DNA of 64,000 bases from Octopus vulgaris. Lineage: Eukaryota. Location: NCBI GenBank assembly GCA_951406725.2, contig OX597815.1, positions 85,498,001 through 85,562,000 of the forward strand. Direction: 5' to 3'. The notes under the pieces were generated by a model, which was not told where the DNA came from, searched no databases, and was given only the letters and a program-made list of their open reading frames with translations. Made by a program: the position numbers and the translations under genes. Below, in pieces: positions 28,124-42,154 of the stretch. Within the stretch, counting starts at the first letter, position 1, and each line of letters begins with the position of its first letter.

Positions 28124-28452
28124 GAGACGCAATGGCCCAGTAGTTAGTGCAGCGGACTCGCGGTCATAGGATCGCAGTTTCGATTCCCAGACCGGGCGTT
28201 GTGAGGGTTTATTGAGCGAAAACGCCCAAAGCTCCACGAGGCTCCGGCAGGGGGTGGTGGCGAACCCTGCTGTACTCTTTCACCACAACTTTCTCTCACT
28301 CTTTCTTCCTACTTCTGTTATACCTGTATTTCAAAGGTCCAGCCTTGTCACACTCTATGCCACGCTGAATTTCTCTGAGAACTACATTAAGGGTACACGT
28401 GTCTGTGGAGTGATCAACTGGACCCCTCGTCGTCGCAACTGACGGAGTGCCA
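28121..28452 (+). mobile_element. SINE family C, older, with internal deletion
   Basis: Similar to 19802-20180 but lacks about 50 bp near the 3' end. Confidence 0.88.
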
Positions 28453-29236
28453 CGATTTATATATGCAGACATACATACATATACACACACTCACACACAC
28501 ATATACACACGCACACATGATTTACATTAAAAGCCTTAACCATTCATGTTATACTGTAAGATTTTCTTATACAATGTATATATCATTTAGTCTCTATCTC
28601 TCTATACAGGACTATATTGTCCAGTATATCTTTTCCTAACCTTTAAAAAAATATCGAGAACATAAAATAGAGAAATATGAAAGAAAAGCAATAAAATGGA
28701 ATACAAATCCTTTAATAACTTTTTAACGTTTATAAGAAAAGAATAAAATATGAAAGTGCTTTGAAATGCTCTTGCTATCATAATTGCTATTCATAATCTC
28801 CCCATGGCATTAATTGTATTTCATCACAAAGTAAGTTGCGCATAAGCGATATGGAAGTGAAACTAGATTTAACGGTAGAAACAGAAAGTCAAAGTAAAGA
28901 TGATCGCAGTCAATGAGAACTGCAAGGATTGAACGGTGGATTTTGGGCGAAAACGTTACTCAAAGTCAACCTTGAAGGCAGCATCTTCATTAAAACACCA
29001 ACTTGGTATTTTTTTAATAGATATATTGCTCTAAAGATTGACCTGTAAGGTTGCTTACAGATTTTGTTATATGCCTTTTACCTTTTTTCCCTATTTCAGT
29101 CATTGGACCGTGGTCATGCTGGGGGAACGCTTTGAATACTATATAAACGACTTTATATAGCATTCACATACATACATACATACATACATACATACATTAT
29201 ATACATATAATCTACGTACACACACATAAATGTACC

Positions 29237-29324
<88 letters not shown>

Positions 29325-29375
29325 TTATACGCATGCATATATATATATGTATATTTACATATATGTGTGTGTATA

Positions 29376-29406
<31 letters not shown>

Positions 29407-29409
29407 TTT

Positions 29410-29776
29410 AAATTCTTTTATTTATTTCAGTCATTTGACTGCGGCCATACTGGAGCACCGCCTTTAGTCGAACAAATCGACCTCACGACTTATTCTTTGT
29501 AAGCCTAGCACTTATTCTATCGGTCTATTTTGCTGAACCGCTAAGTTACGGGGACGTAAACACACCAGCGTCGGTTGTTAAGCGATGGTGGTGGGGCAAA
29601 CACAGACGCGCGCGCACACACACACACATACGACGGGCTTCTTTCAGTTTCCGTCTACCAAATCCGCTCATAAGGTTTGGGTCGGCCCAAGGCTATAGTA
29701 GAAGACACTTGCCCAAGGTGCCACGCAGTGAGACTGAACCCGGAGACATGTGGTTGTTAAGCAAGCCACTCCTGCG

Positions 29777-29779
<3 letters not shown>
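29410..29779 (-). mobile_element. SINE family B
   Basis: Collinear with 10460-10891. Confidence 0.88.
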
Positions 29780-29861
<82 letters not shown>

Positions 29862-29880
29862 GTATGTATATATATATATA

Positions 29881-29922
<42 letters not shown>

Positions 29923-30546
29923 CAGATACATACTTATACACACACAAACTCACACGCACACATAAAAAGAACGGGAGAAAGGCCGTGGGTGGCATAACAT
30001 AGACAAAATGCATTAATACTGCACAATTCTCATATCTTCATTTCTTCTAACAAATTAATAATATTTAAATGAGAAATTAATAACTGAGGTTAGGTTATAA
30101 TATATTCATTATAATTATTGCTGTAATGATTTATAATATTTCTCTTGTTAAACATAGAAGCATTTCGCTTATTAGATTTCTTCGTGTTATATGACTGGCA
30201 TTAAAGCCCAAAGGGAAATAAAATCACAGAAAAAAATTAACTGGAATAGTAAAGAAATTAATGACAGTCTTCATTTTCAAAAATAATAAATAAATAAATA
30301 AAAGCAAATGTATTCACAAAACAAAACCAAAACAGTTAGGAAAAAATTGTAAAATAAGGGAGCTCTCATTGGTGTTAAGAGAGTGAGGTTTGACGTCTGA
30401 AAGTGTTCCATTTTTCATGGAATAAAACTGCTTATTTCTAGTTTTGCCAAATAAGCTTTCTCCAGTGGCCAGTAGAATTATTTTCTTGTTAGAGAATATG
30501 GAAAACATTCACTGTTAAAAGTATCACACTTCTCGTTTAACCAGTA

Positions 30547-30595
<49 letters not shown>

Positions 30596-30702
30596 AAGAG
30601 AGAGAGTGAGAGAGAAAGAGAGAGAGAGGGAGGGGGAGAGAGAGAGGGGGGAGAGTAAGTTTATGCTCATGTGTTCGCGTTTAAGAATAAATCCCGACTT
30701 AC

Positions 30703-30713
30703 TTGGTAGCCAT
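30703..30713 (-). CDS. Heme peroxidase start-codon exon (ATG GCT ACC AA); exon including 5'UTR probably spans 30865-30703
   Basis: aacATGG Kozak context, then donor AA|GTAAGT. Phase 2 matches the next exon, giving M-A-T-N-W. Pyrimidine-rich acceptor ttttccccag at 30867-30866. Confidence 0.62.
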
Positions 30714-30975
30714 GTTACTTCCAGAGCAGTAAGTAAACCCACGTGTATGCCTACATGAACTTCTTAGGTAAATAGATTGAGTGTGTGGTAAATACAGGAG
30801 AAATTATGATTTGTAACATCCAAGATGTTAGTAAAATGCCGTCCAGTTTGCAACAGAGATATGACCTGGGGAAAAAAATAACGAACAGGTTGACATGATT
30901 CAAAGACGTTTAAGTGTTTATGCGCGCACGCACACACACTCACATTCACAAGCGCATACACACATGCACACATGC

Positions 30976-31037
<62 letters not shown>

Positions 31038-31173
31038 TATATATATCATATATTTATATATATACACACACATATAAGCACAACGTATTTGCGTGTTTGT
31101 GTATTCGTGTATTCGTTTGTGGACACGTATGTATAATATCAGGATATGTTACACAAGAACAGTTTTTGGATTT

Positions 31174-31268
<95 letters not shown>

Positions 31269-31269
31269 G

Positions 31270-33090
31270 CAATGACATGGAAATCTGGGGCTGTGTCGAA
31301 CAGCTCCTACACGACAAAATTGTTTTTAAGGAAACGAAACAACACAGCTGAAATCTGCTGACTGTATGCTCAGAGGACAAGAAGGGGTTCGATTCTGTTC
31401 CTCATTCGTGGATTATAATGACATTGCGCCTTGCTGTGATTCTAAATACTATAGTCAATGCCATTGAGTGGCTGTCAATAATATGACCCACAGAGATATC
31501 AATAAGAACTGAGGCTACCACTTTGGTCAGAAACAAAATTACATTATCAACAGGAATATTTGAGGGCACCAGATTATTTATTATGTTTATCGTCCTAGTA
31601 GCGAAGCCCTTGTAAGTTCTGATAGAAACTGCATATGAAAGAAAGATTAATTTCACCCACACATTTTTTGCGGATGACCTTAAACTGTACTCGAGTAATA
31701 TTCATGACACCGAGAAACAGATAGAACTGGTCACAGCATTCTCATCGGATACACGAATGCAGTTTAGTAAGGACAAGTGTTCACATTTGAGAGTCAAACG
31801 AAAGAAGATTGTCGACTAGGCAACAAATATGGATACCAATGGCTTGCTTATTTCTCCTAACATTAGTGATGAATGTTACAAATACCTTGGAATTGATGAG
31901 AATATTGCAAATGCTGTGCTTTGAGTAAAGCTACAGTGACAAAAGAATAATTCGACAGACCTCGGAAGATATGGAAGTCAGAGTTGTTTGCATTCAATAA
32001 AACTATATTCCGCAGTGCTTTCGCAGTGTCAGTGCTAGTCCCAAAACATAGGATATTAGCCTGGTTAGTCGAAGAAATTGATAACTTGGACACCAGGTTT
32101 GAGAAGATACTAACAGTGACTAGTATCCTCTGGAGGTAGAAGCATACGATCAGTTCAGACGGCTTTTGAGTGCTGCATCGTTTCACTTAGGCAACATTTA
32201 CTAAACAGTAAAGAGAGAATGAGTACAACACGTGTAAACTCAACAGAGAAGTAAATAATAACATGACATTAGGAAAAAAAAAACTCCTTAACTACTCTGA
32301 GTTTACAGCTGCACCACGCGAACAAAGAGCGACTGGACTATCCAACCTAAAGAGAGACTAAGAAGAGAAATATTCATGATAGTAGTAAATACTATCTTCT
32401 CATAAGACATGGTATCGTCACTAAGACGATCTACAATGCTATGCGCTTGAAAGATTGTTATGACGGCCATACCAAAGGCAGAGCAGTACCAGGAAATATC
32501 CACACCTTTAAGAATAAGAAATATACTAATGGAACATTCCAATAAAAGAAGCAATAGTTGTGACAGAATAGCACAGTTCACTGCAAAAATCAGTTTGCTC
32601 TGTTCTTTTTCGGAAGTATTTATAGGTTTTCATGTATATCTTTCGTTGCATAGCCCAGTGAGACCATGATAATAGGTACAAATATATATCTATAGCCTGA
32701 ATTTAAGAGCTGTAGGTTTTTCATTACTTTTCGTTTGATGTTCTCCTTTGTCATAATTTTTGAGCAGACGTTTACATCTGGTATTAGCACAACTAGCCAG
32801 ATATAATTGTACATGAGAGTGAGCAAAAGTCGTGCAGTGTTGTAGATATCAGCTGCCCGGTAGATGTAAACGTCTGCCCAAAAATTATGAGAAAGGAGAG
32901 AGCATCAAACGAAAAGTAATGAGAATCCTACAACTCTTAAATTCAGGCTATAGATTTATATTTGTACCTATTATCATAGGTTCACTGGGTTACGCAACGA
33001 AAGATCTACATGAAAACCTATAAATACTTAGATTCTCCGAAAAAGAACACAGCAGACTGATGTTTGCAGAGAACTATGCTATTCTGTCAC
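31270..33090 (+). mobile_element. Highly degenerate R4-like LINE with inverted duplication of its 3' region
   Basis: GFDSVPHSWI, FADDLKLYSS and ECYKYLGIDE motifs; C-terminal FVPIIIGSLG. 32561-32778 is an inverted copy of about 32862-33089. Confidence 0.8.
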
Positions 33091-33362
33091 AAATATTTAT
33101 AGCTAAGTTAAATTAAGTATTTTAGTGTTAAATGTTGTGTTTTCTTTGTCATGCATCTAGGATTTGGACCGCCACATTCTATTGAATTGGCTGTGTGCTC
33201 TCTCATTGTCTCTAAGCACCATGACTGATTTTATATTCAGTGGTTGCAATTCACAGAACCAGTTGTGACCGTATTTCCATTTATGCTAATAACACTTAAA
33301 ATTCAAGTTTCAGTTGTTTACCGTTTAATCTTAAATACATACGAACCTACATGCGCGCACAC

Positions 33363-33432
<70 letters not shown>

Positions 33433-33624
33433 ATACTGAAGCACATATATACATTCACAAAAATGAATAATAAAAGCAGGGTAGCATAGTCCATAAAAAC
33501 TTTTAAATAACACATATAAGCATTACATGGAAGACAAAGTTATGGTGAAACTAACAGTAGTAATCTCACAAACGATTATGCTGCTAATAGTTATATACTC
33601 ATGTCCGCTCATTCTCACAAGCGT

Positions 33625-33742
<118 letters not shown>

Positions 33743-33816
33743 GTTTATATATTTGTTGTGCAAGATTTTTTTATGTGAAGTGTGTTGAAACAGATATTGT
33801 TATATATATATATAAT

Positions 33817-34213
33817 AGGTGCAGGAGTGGCTGTGTGGTAAGTAGCTTGCTTACCAACCGCATGGTTCCAGGTTCAATCCCACTGCGTGGCACCTTGGGG
33901 AAGTGTCTTCTACTATAGCCTCGAGCCGACCAAAGCCTTGTGAGTGGATTTGGTAGATGGAAACTGAAAGAAGCCCGTCGTATATATGTATATATATATA
34001 TGTGTGTCTTTGTGTGTCTGTGTTTGTCCCCCCAACATCGGTTGTCAACTGATGCTGGTGTGTTTACGTCACTGTAACTTAGCGGTTCGGCAAAAGAGAC
34101 CGATAGAAAGTACTAGGCTTACGAAGAATAAGTCCTGGGGGTCGATTACCTCGACTAAAGGCGGTGCTCCAGCATGGCCGCAGTCAAATGACTGAAACAA
34201 GTAAAAGAGTAAA
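33817..34213 (+). mobile_element. SINE family B
   Basis: Full head-to-tail copy in a TA-repeat context. Confidence 0.9.
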
Positions 34214-34273
34214 AATAGTATATATATATATATACATAAACACACACACACACATACACATATACATATATAC

Positions 34274-34328
<55 letters not shown>

Positions 34329-34336
34329 CGTATATG

Positions 34337-34409
<73 letters not shown>

Positions 34410-34424
34410 GTACATACATATACG

Positions 34425-34487
<63 letters not shown>

Positions 34488-34959
34488 GTATATGTGTATG
34501 TGTGTGTGTGTGTTTATGTGAAACACTTGTGACTTTATAATTTGTAAATTTAATACGAATAAAATTTCAAACAATTTTTGAACTGAAGTAAAAGTGAATA
34601 CTGTCAAATATTATCAGACAATAGAAAAAGAAAAAAAAAAACCCACTAAAATTAAGAAAGTTCACAAACCTAGCAGTTGTTACAAAACACCTCTAGTCTG
34701 TATCTATAAGAGTCATTATAACCGCGAGCATATTGGTATTGTGAAGTATAAAGTGTCGTCTGTTGTTTTAAAAGACTGAAGACTGCCGAAAGGAACTCCT
34801 CTATTTTAATATCAGCTTGTAAACTGATTCAACCTATTTATTTTGAACATGTGCAAATACATACATACATACAAACATACATACATACATACATACATAC
34901 ATACATAATACATACATACATACACACATGTATATACGCATGCATGTATATATTTGTAA

Positions 34960-35001
<42 letters not shown>

Positions 35002-35196
35002 ATATATATATACATACACATATATATATATAAGATAAAGATGTATATATATATATATATGAAACACACACACATATATAAATGTATATAACATTTATAT
35101 GGACATATATACATGTACGTATATGTTTATCAATGTATATATAAATATATAACTCTGTGTGTGTGTGTATGTGTGTGTATGTGTATATGTGCGTGC

Positions 35197-35233
<37 letters not shown>

Positions 35234-35347
35234 CAGATTTTTGTCCATTATGAATTTGTAGCAAAACAAATCTTGATAGAAGGTTAAAGATGTTAAAACA
35301 ACAAAATACAAACGTAATGTTCTAAATCAAATATGTACTGACATGAA

Positions 35348-35349
35348 TA

Positions 35350-35431
<82 letters not shown>

Positions 35432-35785
35432 GCCGCTGCAGAGTACGTTGGTGATTCACTACCACAACAAATGTCAGATAATAGTAATATGCTGTTGTTG
35501 TTCTTCATGAATATTGTGGTGGTGGTGGCGGTGATGATGATGACGATGATGATGATGATTAGGAGGAGGAGGAGGAGGAGGATGAGGACTACTACGATTA
35601 CAAGTACCATGATAACGACAATGATGTAAGTGATGATAGCGGTTATGATGATGATGATGATGATGGTGGTGGTAATGTTGATGATGAAATGATGAGGATG
35701 ACGACAATGACGATGATGATGAAGATGGTGATGATACCTACGATAATGATGACGATGATGATGATGGAGGTGGTGGTGGTGGTGG

Positions 35786-35820
<35 letters not shown>

Positions 35821-35990
35821 GTGGTGGTAATGTTGATGATGAAATGATGAGGATGACGACAATGACGATGATGATGAAGATGGTGATGATACCTACGATA
35901 ATGATGACGATGATGATGATGGAGGTAGTGGTGGTAGTGGTGGTGGTGGTGATGATAATGATGATGATGATGATGATGATGATGGCGACG
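35348..35990. repeat. Compound trinucleotide repeat field (TAC/GAT/GGT/GGA) with a higher-order duplication
   Basis: The block ggtggtggtaatgttgatgatgaaatgatgagg...gatacctacgataatg occurs twice, about 155 bp apart. Confidence 0.9.
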
Positions 35991-36331
35991 ACAATGTTGA
36001 GAAGTCGAATGAGTGACAAATGAAGTAACAGGAATTACAACAGTTTTGACAATAACCGCAGCAACAACAACAATAGCAACAACAACGGGAACAAAAGTAA
36101 ACATACGGGAAAAATGACATTAAACTGAAGTTAAAACTTAAAAGTTAGTCAAAGGAGACACCGTCACCACCACCATCACCACCACCGACACCGCCGCTCC
36201 GCAGCCAACCCCTTCCCAACAGCAACAACAACAACTACCATCTTAGTAAATATAAAGTACATTAAAACAAAATAAGGCGGTTTTCTATTAAGTGAGAATT
36301 GTGGATTGAATTGTATAATGTGCGGGCATTC

Positions 36332-36409
<78 letters not shown>

Positions 36410-36439
36410 ACATATATATATATACATATATATATATAC

Positions 36440-36513
<74 letters not shown>

Positions 36514-36517
36514 ATAC

Positions 36518-36575
<58 letters not shown>

Positions 36576-36768
36576 TAAAAGAACTAGGATGGTTGGTCTT
36601 CCAACCAGGCCTTTCGCAACATCCTGAAAACCAGGAACCTTTCAGTAGCCCCCGTATGTTTACATACATACATACACACATACATGTACAGGCACAGACA
36701 CACATACACACAGACACAACCATACAGATAGACACACACACACAGACACACGCACACACGCATATATA

Positions 36769-37310
36769 CGAAGGTGAGTCAAAAAGTAATGCCATTTGAT
36801 TTAGGACAGGTATAATTACCAATACAGGAACATATATCATACATCAAAGTGAAACTGGTCCTCTGCAGATCACATCTCTACTTCTCAACATAGTCACCGT
36901 TTCTCTCAATAGCAATGTTACACCTCCGAATGAGAGCATGTATACCTGCCCCGTAAAATTTTGTTGACTGTTCTTTGAGCCACTTCTTCACTACAGTTTT
37001 CACTTCCTCATCACTGGAATAATATCTGCCTCTCAAACCCTCTTTAGTGGCGCTGAAGAGATGATAGTCTGAAGCCACTAAATCTGGTGTGTGTCGAAGT
37101 AGTGAAGAAGTGGCTCAAAGAACAGTCAGCAAAATTTTTCGGGGCAGGGATACATGCTCTCATTCTCTATTGAGAGAAACGGTGGCTATGTTGAGAAGTA
37201 GGGATGTAATCCACAGAGGACCAGCTTCCTTTTGATGTATGATACATGTTCCTGTGTTGGTAATTATACCTGTCCTAAACCAAAAGGCATTACTCTTTGA
37301 CTCACCCTCG
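36769..37310. mobile_element. Mariner-derived fold-back/MITE made of two inverted 3' ends
   Basis: TA at 36767-68 and 37311-12. TIR CGA(A/G)GGTGAGTCAAA(A/G)AGTAATGCC. Left arm encodes, on the minus strand, DLVASDYHLF...EEVKTVVKKWLKEQ...NGDYVEK; the right arm carries the same C-terminus on the plus strand. Confidence 0.9.
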
Positions 37311-37686
37311 TACATTGAATCTCTCATGTGTTAACATGTACCACTTTGCGACAGTGTCAACTTTCATTTGATCAAGATATCCTTGGCCTGAAGAGCAACC
37401 TGCGGTATACACAACGCTTGGATATTTACCACTTCCGAGGTTCCAATCGCTATGAGACATATGTACCTACTTCATTCCTTAATTCTTGTATTCTTATTCG
37501 TTTACCCAGCAACCATGGTTGCCTACCGTGAAATATAAAAGAACCTTTTTTTAGTTTAGCGTACTTCGATACGAAAAAAAATCACAACCTTCCGTCTTAA
37601 TAGGCCACTATTGTCCCTGAAATTTGTTTTTAATATTTACTACGGATTGCTAGAAGCTAACTTTCTTCCTACACCTCGACGCCTGG

Positions 37687-37750
<64 letters not shown>

Positions 37751-39534
37751 TAGAGAGGCCAAAGTGTACGTACGCCGCTATATTTTTATATACAAAAAAT
37801 ACAAAAAAGGAACAACGAAACATCCAGACAAACGATTCAAAGAAAACAAGGACAAGTCATTCGGAGTTTTCTTTCCTCAGTCGAGTTCTAGATTATCTTT
37901 GCAATTTCAGCTGGTTATACTCGAGATTGCTCCAATCTGGCCAGCCCCAAAACTAAGCTAAGAGCATTAGATTCCTTGGAAGAAAGCAGTGAATGTATAC
38001 GAAAACAAGGACGGAAAAAAGGAGAAATGTTACACATATACAAATGCAAATAACAGGACATGCCCAAGACATATATGCTCCAATTAACCCATATGACTCC
38101 ATCAGGAGTTAAGGCTTTACTTCCACACACGCCAGTTTAATTTAATTCGTCCTTAGTCGAAAGACACTTGTTGTTATGTCCTATTATTTGCAACGATGTA
38201 AGTTATCACTCCATTAAGAAGCAAGGTGAAAGTGCATCAGCTGACGAATAAGCAGCAGCGGAATTTCCTAATGCATTAAAGAAAATCATCGAAGAAAACA
38301 TGCTTCTTCTCAAGCTGATTTTCAACGTAAACGAAACTGGATTGTACTGGAAAAATTGCAAGACCGTTCATTCATTTCCAAGGAGGAGAAAACTGTTCTA
38401 GGCTACAAGGTCTCAAAAGAATGCGTGGCTATTATGTTGGGAGGTAATTGTGCAGAAGATTCTAAGTTAAAGCCATTGCTTGTGTATCATGCACACAACC
38501 CCCGTACCCTGAAGAACATACCCAAGGCATATCTCTCAATTATATGGATGGCTAATTCAAAAGCATGGGTTACTGTTGTTGTTTTTGAAGATTGGTTCTT
38601 CAATCATTTTATCCCAGCAGCAGAGAAGTACTGCAAGAAGGGGATTCCCTTTAAGGTTTTATTTATCTCAAATAATGTTCCTGGCCACCCGCAAAACATC
38701 GTAGATTTTGACCCCAACGTTACCGTAGTATACCTCCCTCCGAACAGCACGTCTCTTCTACAGCCAATGGATCAAGAAATAATTGCTATCTTCAAGCGTT
38801 ACTATATGAAACGTACGCTACAGCAAGCAATAGCTGCAACTGATCTTGATGAGTTCATCACACTTCGTGACTTTTGGAAGAGATACGATATCTACAAGGC
38901 TGTACAGAATATAGCTGCAGCATGGAATGATGTACATAGCACGGCTATGAATGGTGTATGGAAGAAGCTATACCCGCAATTCGTGAATGATTTTAAGGGG
39001 TTTGATAATGTTGCCATCAACAAAACGTTGTTGACTACGAGCAAAGAACTGGAAATGGATTTGGAGAAGGAATATTTATTTGAAAAAGACAAGCAGCTCC
39101 TGACGAACGAGGATTTGATAGAGCTTCACGAGCAGCAAAATAAAGAAGTGGAAGTCGAACCTGAGCCAAGTCACCTTACCATTAAGAAAATGCAGCAAAC
39201 ATTTGCATATAGCGAAACAGGTTTTTCTATGTTCGAGGATATGGAACCAAATGCTCAACACTTTTCCAAGATTATTGGGGCTGTCACAAAACTTTTGCTC
39301 CTTATAATGCAATCCTTGAGGAAAAGAAGACAATTCGAGGAACTCTCAAGCGATTTTTTAAGCGCATCGAACAATAAGAACAGCCAGAGTCACTGTTGAT
39401 GTTGACGATCCACAACCATCTACATCTGCGATGTAAACCACCAAATTGTATGTACGTATTGGTAAATTTAAAATAATTTAGTTTTTTTTAAAGAAGCATT
39501 GCATTTCTAAATCCCGCAGAGAGACTTATACAGT

Positions 39535-40235
39535 AGCAGCGTCTCCAGTTGGCTACGCGACACAAGCGTTCTGTGTCCTTAAGTTTTCAAGCACGTCCAT
39601 CCAACAAAGCAAGCATCCAAAGACTAGTTTCAGGGTAATTGCTCTTCATCAGCTTGGAGTAGCTTGGCCTTATTTGAAAACTTATAAAATTTCAAGTGAA
39701 ATAAATTCATTGATTTATCTACAAAATTAAAAATATTGCAATGGCTTTAACTTAAAAATAAGAGAGAGTTATGAAGTAGCAGGACGATAAAGTGATGGCT
39801 TGTTGCCAACTTAATGTGGTAGTCCCAGGAAACGGTGTTTCTTGGGGCTAAATAACAATAGCATTCTTCCTTTTCCTGGGACTGCCATATTAAGTTGGCA
39901 ACAAGCAATCACTCTATCGTGCTGCTACTGCATAACTCTCACTGAGAGATCAGTGAATTTATTTCACTTGAAATTCTATAAGTTTTCAATGGCGATTTAG
40001 CACCGACAGCTAGCAATGCCAAACTACTCCAGACTAATGAAGAGCAATTACCCTGAAACTAGTGTCTGGTTGCTTGCTTTATTAGGTGGAGGTGCTTATC
40101 TCCCCAGTTTGAAAACTTAAGGACACAGAACGCTTGTGTTGCGTAGCCAACTGGAAACGGTGTTTCTTGGGGATAAATAGCAGTAGTATAATTCCTTTAC
40201 CTGGAACTACCAAATTAAGTTGGCAACAAACCGTT
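39535..40235. mobile_element. Fold-back Penelope-like pseudo-LTR inserted in the Tigger remnant
   Basis: About 39540-39830 and 39872-40160 are inverted copies, each carrying a hammerhead motif. Confidence 0.78.
39616..39658 (-). ncRNA. Minimal type I hammerhead ribozyme motif
   Basis: UCCAAG-CUGAUGA-AGAG caauua CCCU-GAAA-CUAG-UC-UUUGGA: canonical core, palindromic stem III, paired stem I, one mismatch in stem II. Confidence 0.75.
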
Positions 40236-40412
40236 TCTTTAGTTTTTTTTACTATTGTAAAATAATAATCACTGAATTTGTTTTTTAAGCTTAAAAAAGG
40301 ATTTTATTTTACCATGTTTTATTGGTAAAATAGACAAGTTAATCCGACTTAAGTCGTTTTTCGACTTAAGTCGTGTCTCCTGGAAACAATGAACGACGTA
40401 GGTTGTGGTATG

Positions 40413-40489
<77 letters not shown>

Positions 40490-40816
40490 GTGTGTGTGTA
40501 TAAATGGATGGGTAGATAGGTACCAAGATACATAGATGAACAGATAGAGATGGATAGATAGGTAGAGGGACACAGAGGGGTGAGAAAGGAGAGAGAGAGA
40601 GTACCAAACAGACAATGAGAGACCGAGATGAATCGATTGATACATAAAGATTGATCGATAGATAGATAGATAGATCGATAGATGCATACATGCATACAGA
40701 TAGATGGCAGACAAAATGATATAGAAACAGAGTAAGTCAGACGGACAGTTTGATTGGCAGAGACGTACACAAATAAAGACATGTAAGAAAGTTTGTTTCC
40801 ACATCGGCAGACAGGT

Positions 40817-40886
<70 letters not shown>

Positions 40887-41086
40887 GGATAGAGAGAGCG
40901 AATGAGAGGGAGAGAGAGACAGAGAAATAGACACATCGGTAGATCACTAGGTAGCTAGACAATTAGATGGGCAGGTAAGTTAGGCTTTATAAACGAGACA
41001 AATATGGAACTCAATACAGGAGGCAAAGTATGTGTGTGTATGTATGTATGTATGTATGTATGTATGTATGTATGTATGTATGTATG

Positions 41087-41131
<45 letters not shown>

Positions 41132-41576
41132 AGGTAGATAGATATATTACATTTTTATTAGCTGAGTATTTATATTTACATGCATATTAAATTTCTTATT
41201 AGTCGAGGAGCCAAGAAGACTCAAAGAGTTTCATATATATTTGATAAAAATAATCTTTGCAGGTGTTCGATAAGTAGACAGACTGATATACAGACATGTA
41301 GACAGATGTACTGTTGCGCATGCGTGAGTATATACGTACGTATGTAAGCACACACGCATATATAAAAAAATATGTATGTACAGTCTTTCGCATATTCAAA
41401 AACAACGAGATACAGAATAAGTATACACGTGCGCGCGATAACCCGTATATTTCTGATCGAAGTGGCCTCGCCTACACGCTTAAATGTATGCACAATTCCA
41501 TGTTAGTATGTCAATGTCTGTGCATACATACATACATACATACATACATACATACATACATACATAAATGCATACA

Positions 41577-41697
<121 letters not shown>

Positions 41698-41980
41698 ATA
41701 CACGCGCGCATACACACATATATGTGTGCATACGCTCAAACATATAGAAGCAATGAGCATGAAATTATAAGGAAACACATACACACACATACATATACCC
41801 TTATGTATATATAGTAATATGCGCACACTTATGTATGTATAATGCATCAACACATCCATAGAAAGGGTGAGAGTGTGAGGCAGTAACAAAAAGGAAATTC
41901 AGAAAGTATTTGTTCTTTTCTTACCTAACAAATAATATAGCTCACTCTATATGTACATTGAAGTTTCTCTCTCGGCATTT

Positions 41981-42154
<174 letters not shown>

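Larger units (their letters stand above)
38190..40415 (+). mobile_element. Tigger/pogo-like DNA transposon remnant (DDE transposase, degenerate)
   Basis: GESASADE...IFNVNETGLYWKK, KAWVT, VYLPPNSTSLLQPMDQEII motifs around ORF 38356..39399; some catalytic Asp positions read Asn. Pogo-like 3' terminus cgacttaagtcg twice ... cgacgtaggttgtggtatgcctata near 40346-40415. Confidence 0.85.

Noticed and set aside
35293-36120. His-rich protein gene, e.g. a beak-type histidine-rich protein
   Set aside because: All frames are low complexity from trinucleotide repeats; no Gly/His peptide motifs, signal peptide or convincing splice sites.
37760-38190. Possible additional pseudo-LTR or ribozyme-bearing repeat
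   Set aside because: Looks repeat-like, but I could not assemble a hammerhead fold or find a second copy in the window.
38356-39399. Domesticated Tigger-derived host gene
   Set aside because: Upstream stop and frameshift, no DNA-binding N-terminus, Asp-to-Asn at catalytic motifs, and a transposon terminus retained downstream.
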